Assembly: GCA_036556805.1 (NCBI GenBank)
Contig: DATBIS010000005.1
Coordinates: 7,782 to 71,781, forward strand
DNA length: 64,000 bases
Direction of reading: 5' to 3'
Origin: Actinomycetota bacterium
Lineage (GTDB): Bacteria; Actinomycetota; UBA4738; HRBIN12
The notes beneath the pieces are model-generated. The model was not told the origin of the DNA. It worked only from the letters and a program-made list of their open reading frames with translations, and made no database searches. Each line of letters starts with the position of its first letter. The first letter of the stretch is position 1. Positions 63,381-64,000 of this stretch are shown in pieces. Both the position numbers and the translations under genes were made by a program.

Positions 63381-64000
63381 GTGGAGGGGATCGCCTTCGC
63401 GGTCGTTGCGGCCTGCGCTGTCGTCGCCTTCCTTCAGACCGTTCGCTCGCTGGCGAGCCCGAGCGTCCCGCTGACGATCGCCGTCCCATCCGGCTCCGCG
63501 ACTCACAAGATCAGTCGGGCGCGACGCATCGTGCGAGGTCTCGGCCGTCGCGCCTGGCTACAGCGGCTGAGCGGCATGCGTCCGACGGACGACGCGACCG
63601 CGGAGCTCGTGGGCGCGGCGGCCGTGCTCGCCGTCGTTCCCTGTGTGGCACTCCTGCTCTCGCCGTCGCCCGGCCCGCTGCTCGCACCGGTCCCGGCGGC
63701 CGTGGCCCTTCGAGGGCCGCGGATCTCGCGGGCCCGAGCCGTTGCCCGGCGCGCGGCCGAGATCGATGCCGAGCTCCCTCAGTTCCTCGACGCGCTCGCC
63801 GCGGCATCCACCGCCGGCCTCTCCGCCCCGCTCGCCGTCCGTCGCGCGACCGGCGTCGTACGAGGAGCGCTTCACGACGAGCTGATGTCGGTCGTGCGTG
63901 CGTCGGACCTGGGATCACGGTGGCGAGACGAGCTCCGCGCGCTCGCCGAGCGGACCGATCTCCTTGACCTGCGCCGCGCCGTGTCCGTTTTGACGCGCAC
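63381..64000 (+). CDS. tadC: Tad pilus platform protein TadC (T2SS-F domain), 3' truncated by window end
   Basis: My own translation from GTG 63381, directly after the tadB stop, stays open to base 64000. It contains ELPQFLDALAAASTAGLSAPLAV typical of the T2SSF domain. Not in the ORF track because it has no stop. Confidence 0.7.
   Translation, partial: MEGIAFAVVAACAVVAFLQTVRSLASPSVPLTIAVPSGSATHKISRARRIVRGLGRRAWLQRLSGMRPTDDATAELVGAAAVLAVVPCVALLLSPSPGPLLAPVPAAVALRGPRISRARAVARRAAEIDAELPQFLDALAAASTAGLSAPLAVRRATGVVRGALHDELMSVVRASDLGSRWRDELRALAERTDLLDLRRAVSVLTR

Overview
Very GC-rich, tightly packed chromosomal segment with Actinomycetota-like gene content. I call about 66 protein-coding genes, one tRNA (UCA anticodon, tRNA-Sec-like), several palindromic operators, one ECF-type promoter and a few hairpin terminators. 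I found no rRNA, CRISPR array, transposase or integrase. Many long ORFs in the six-frame track are Arg/Pro/Gly-rich alternate-frame artefacts of the GC content and were discarded. Several real genes start well inside the listed ORF, and I re-derived those starts from SD motifs, 4-nt overlaps and domain boundaries.

The most interesting structure is an amino-sugar regulon around a ROK repressor.
- **Operator:** the 17-bp palindrome TTAGGAAA(C/G)TTTCCTAA occurs three times, at 16.8, 22.3 and 54.4 kb, each just downstream of a TAnnnT -10-like hexamer.
- **Targets:** a csnR-EFG-H-K-like operon (ROK, ABC importer, Gfo/Idh/MocA, kinase); a divergent GH4 gene and CE4/kinase/MsiK operon; an eda-kdgK operon next to a D-serine-dehydratase-like PLP enzyme and a DegT aminotransferase; and a distant GH9 lipoprotein.
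- **Interpretation:** I read this as a chitosan or glucosamine-oligosaccharide regulon feeding a predicted glucosaminate -> KDG -> KDPG route. This is inference.

Other notable points:
- selC sits beside a visibly lower-GC islet.
- Strong SD motifs are followed by in-frame ACG or CTG codons where no canonical start exists.
- Five convergent gene pairs share a CTAG stop/stop overlap.
- A translationally coupled ThiS/MoaD-like (GG+2 tail) and cytosolic BNR-propeller pair.
- A VanZ gene broken by two 1-nt deletions.
- A 24-codon hydrophobic micro-ORF with a perfect SD.
- A tad pilus locus whose tadZ-like gene lies about 9 kb from tadA-tadB-tadC.
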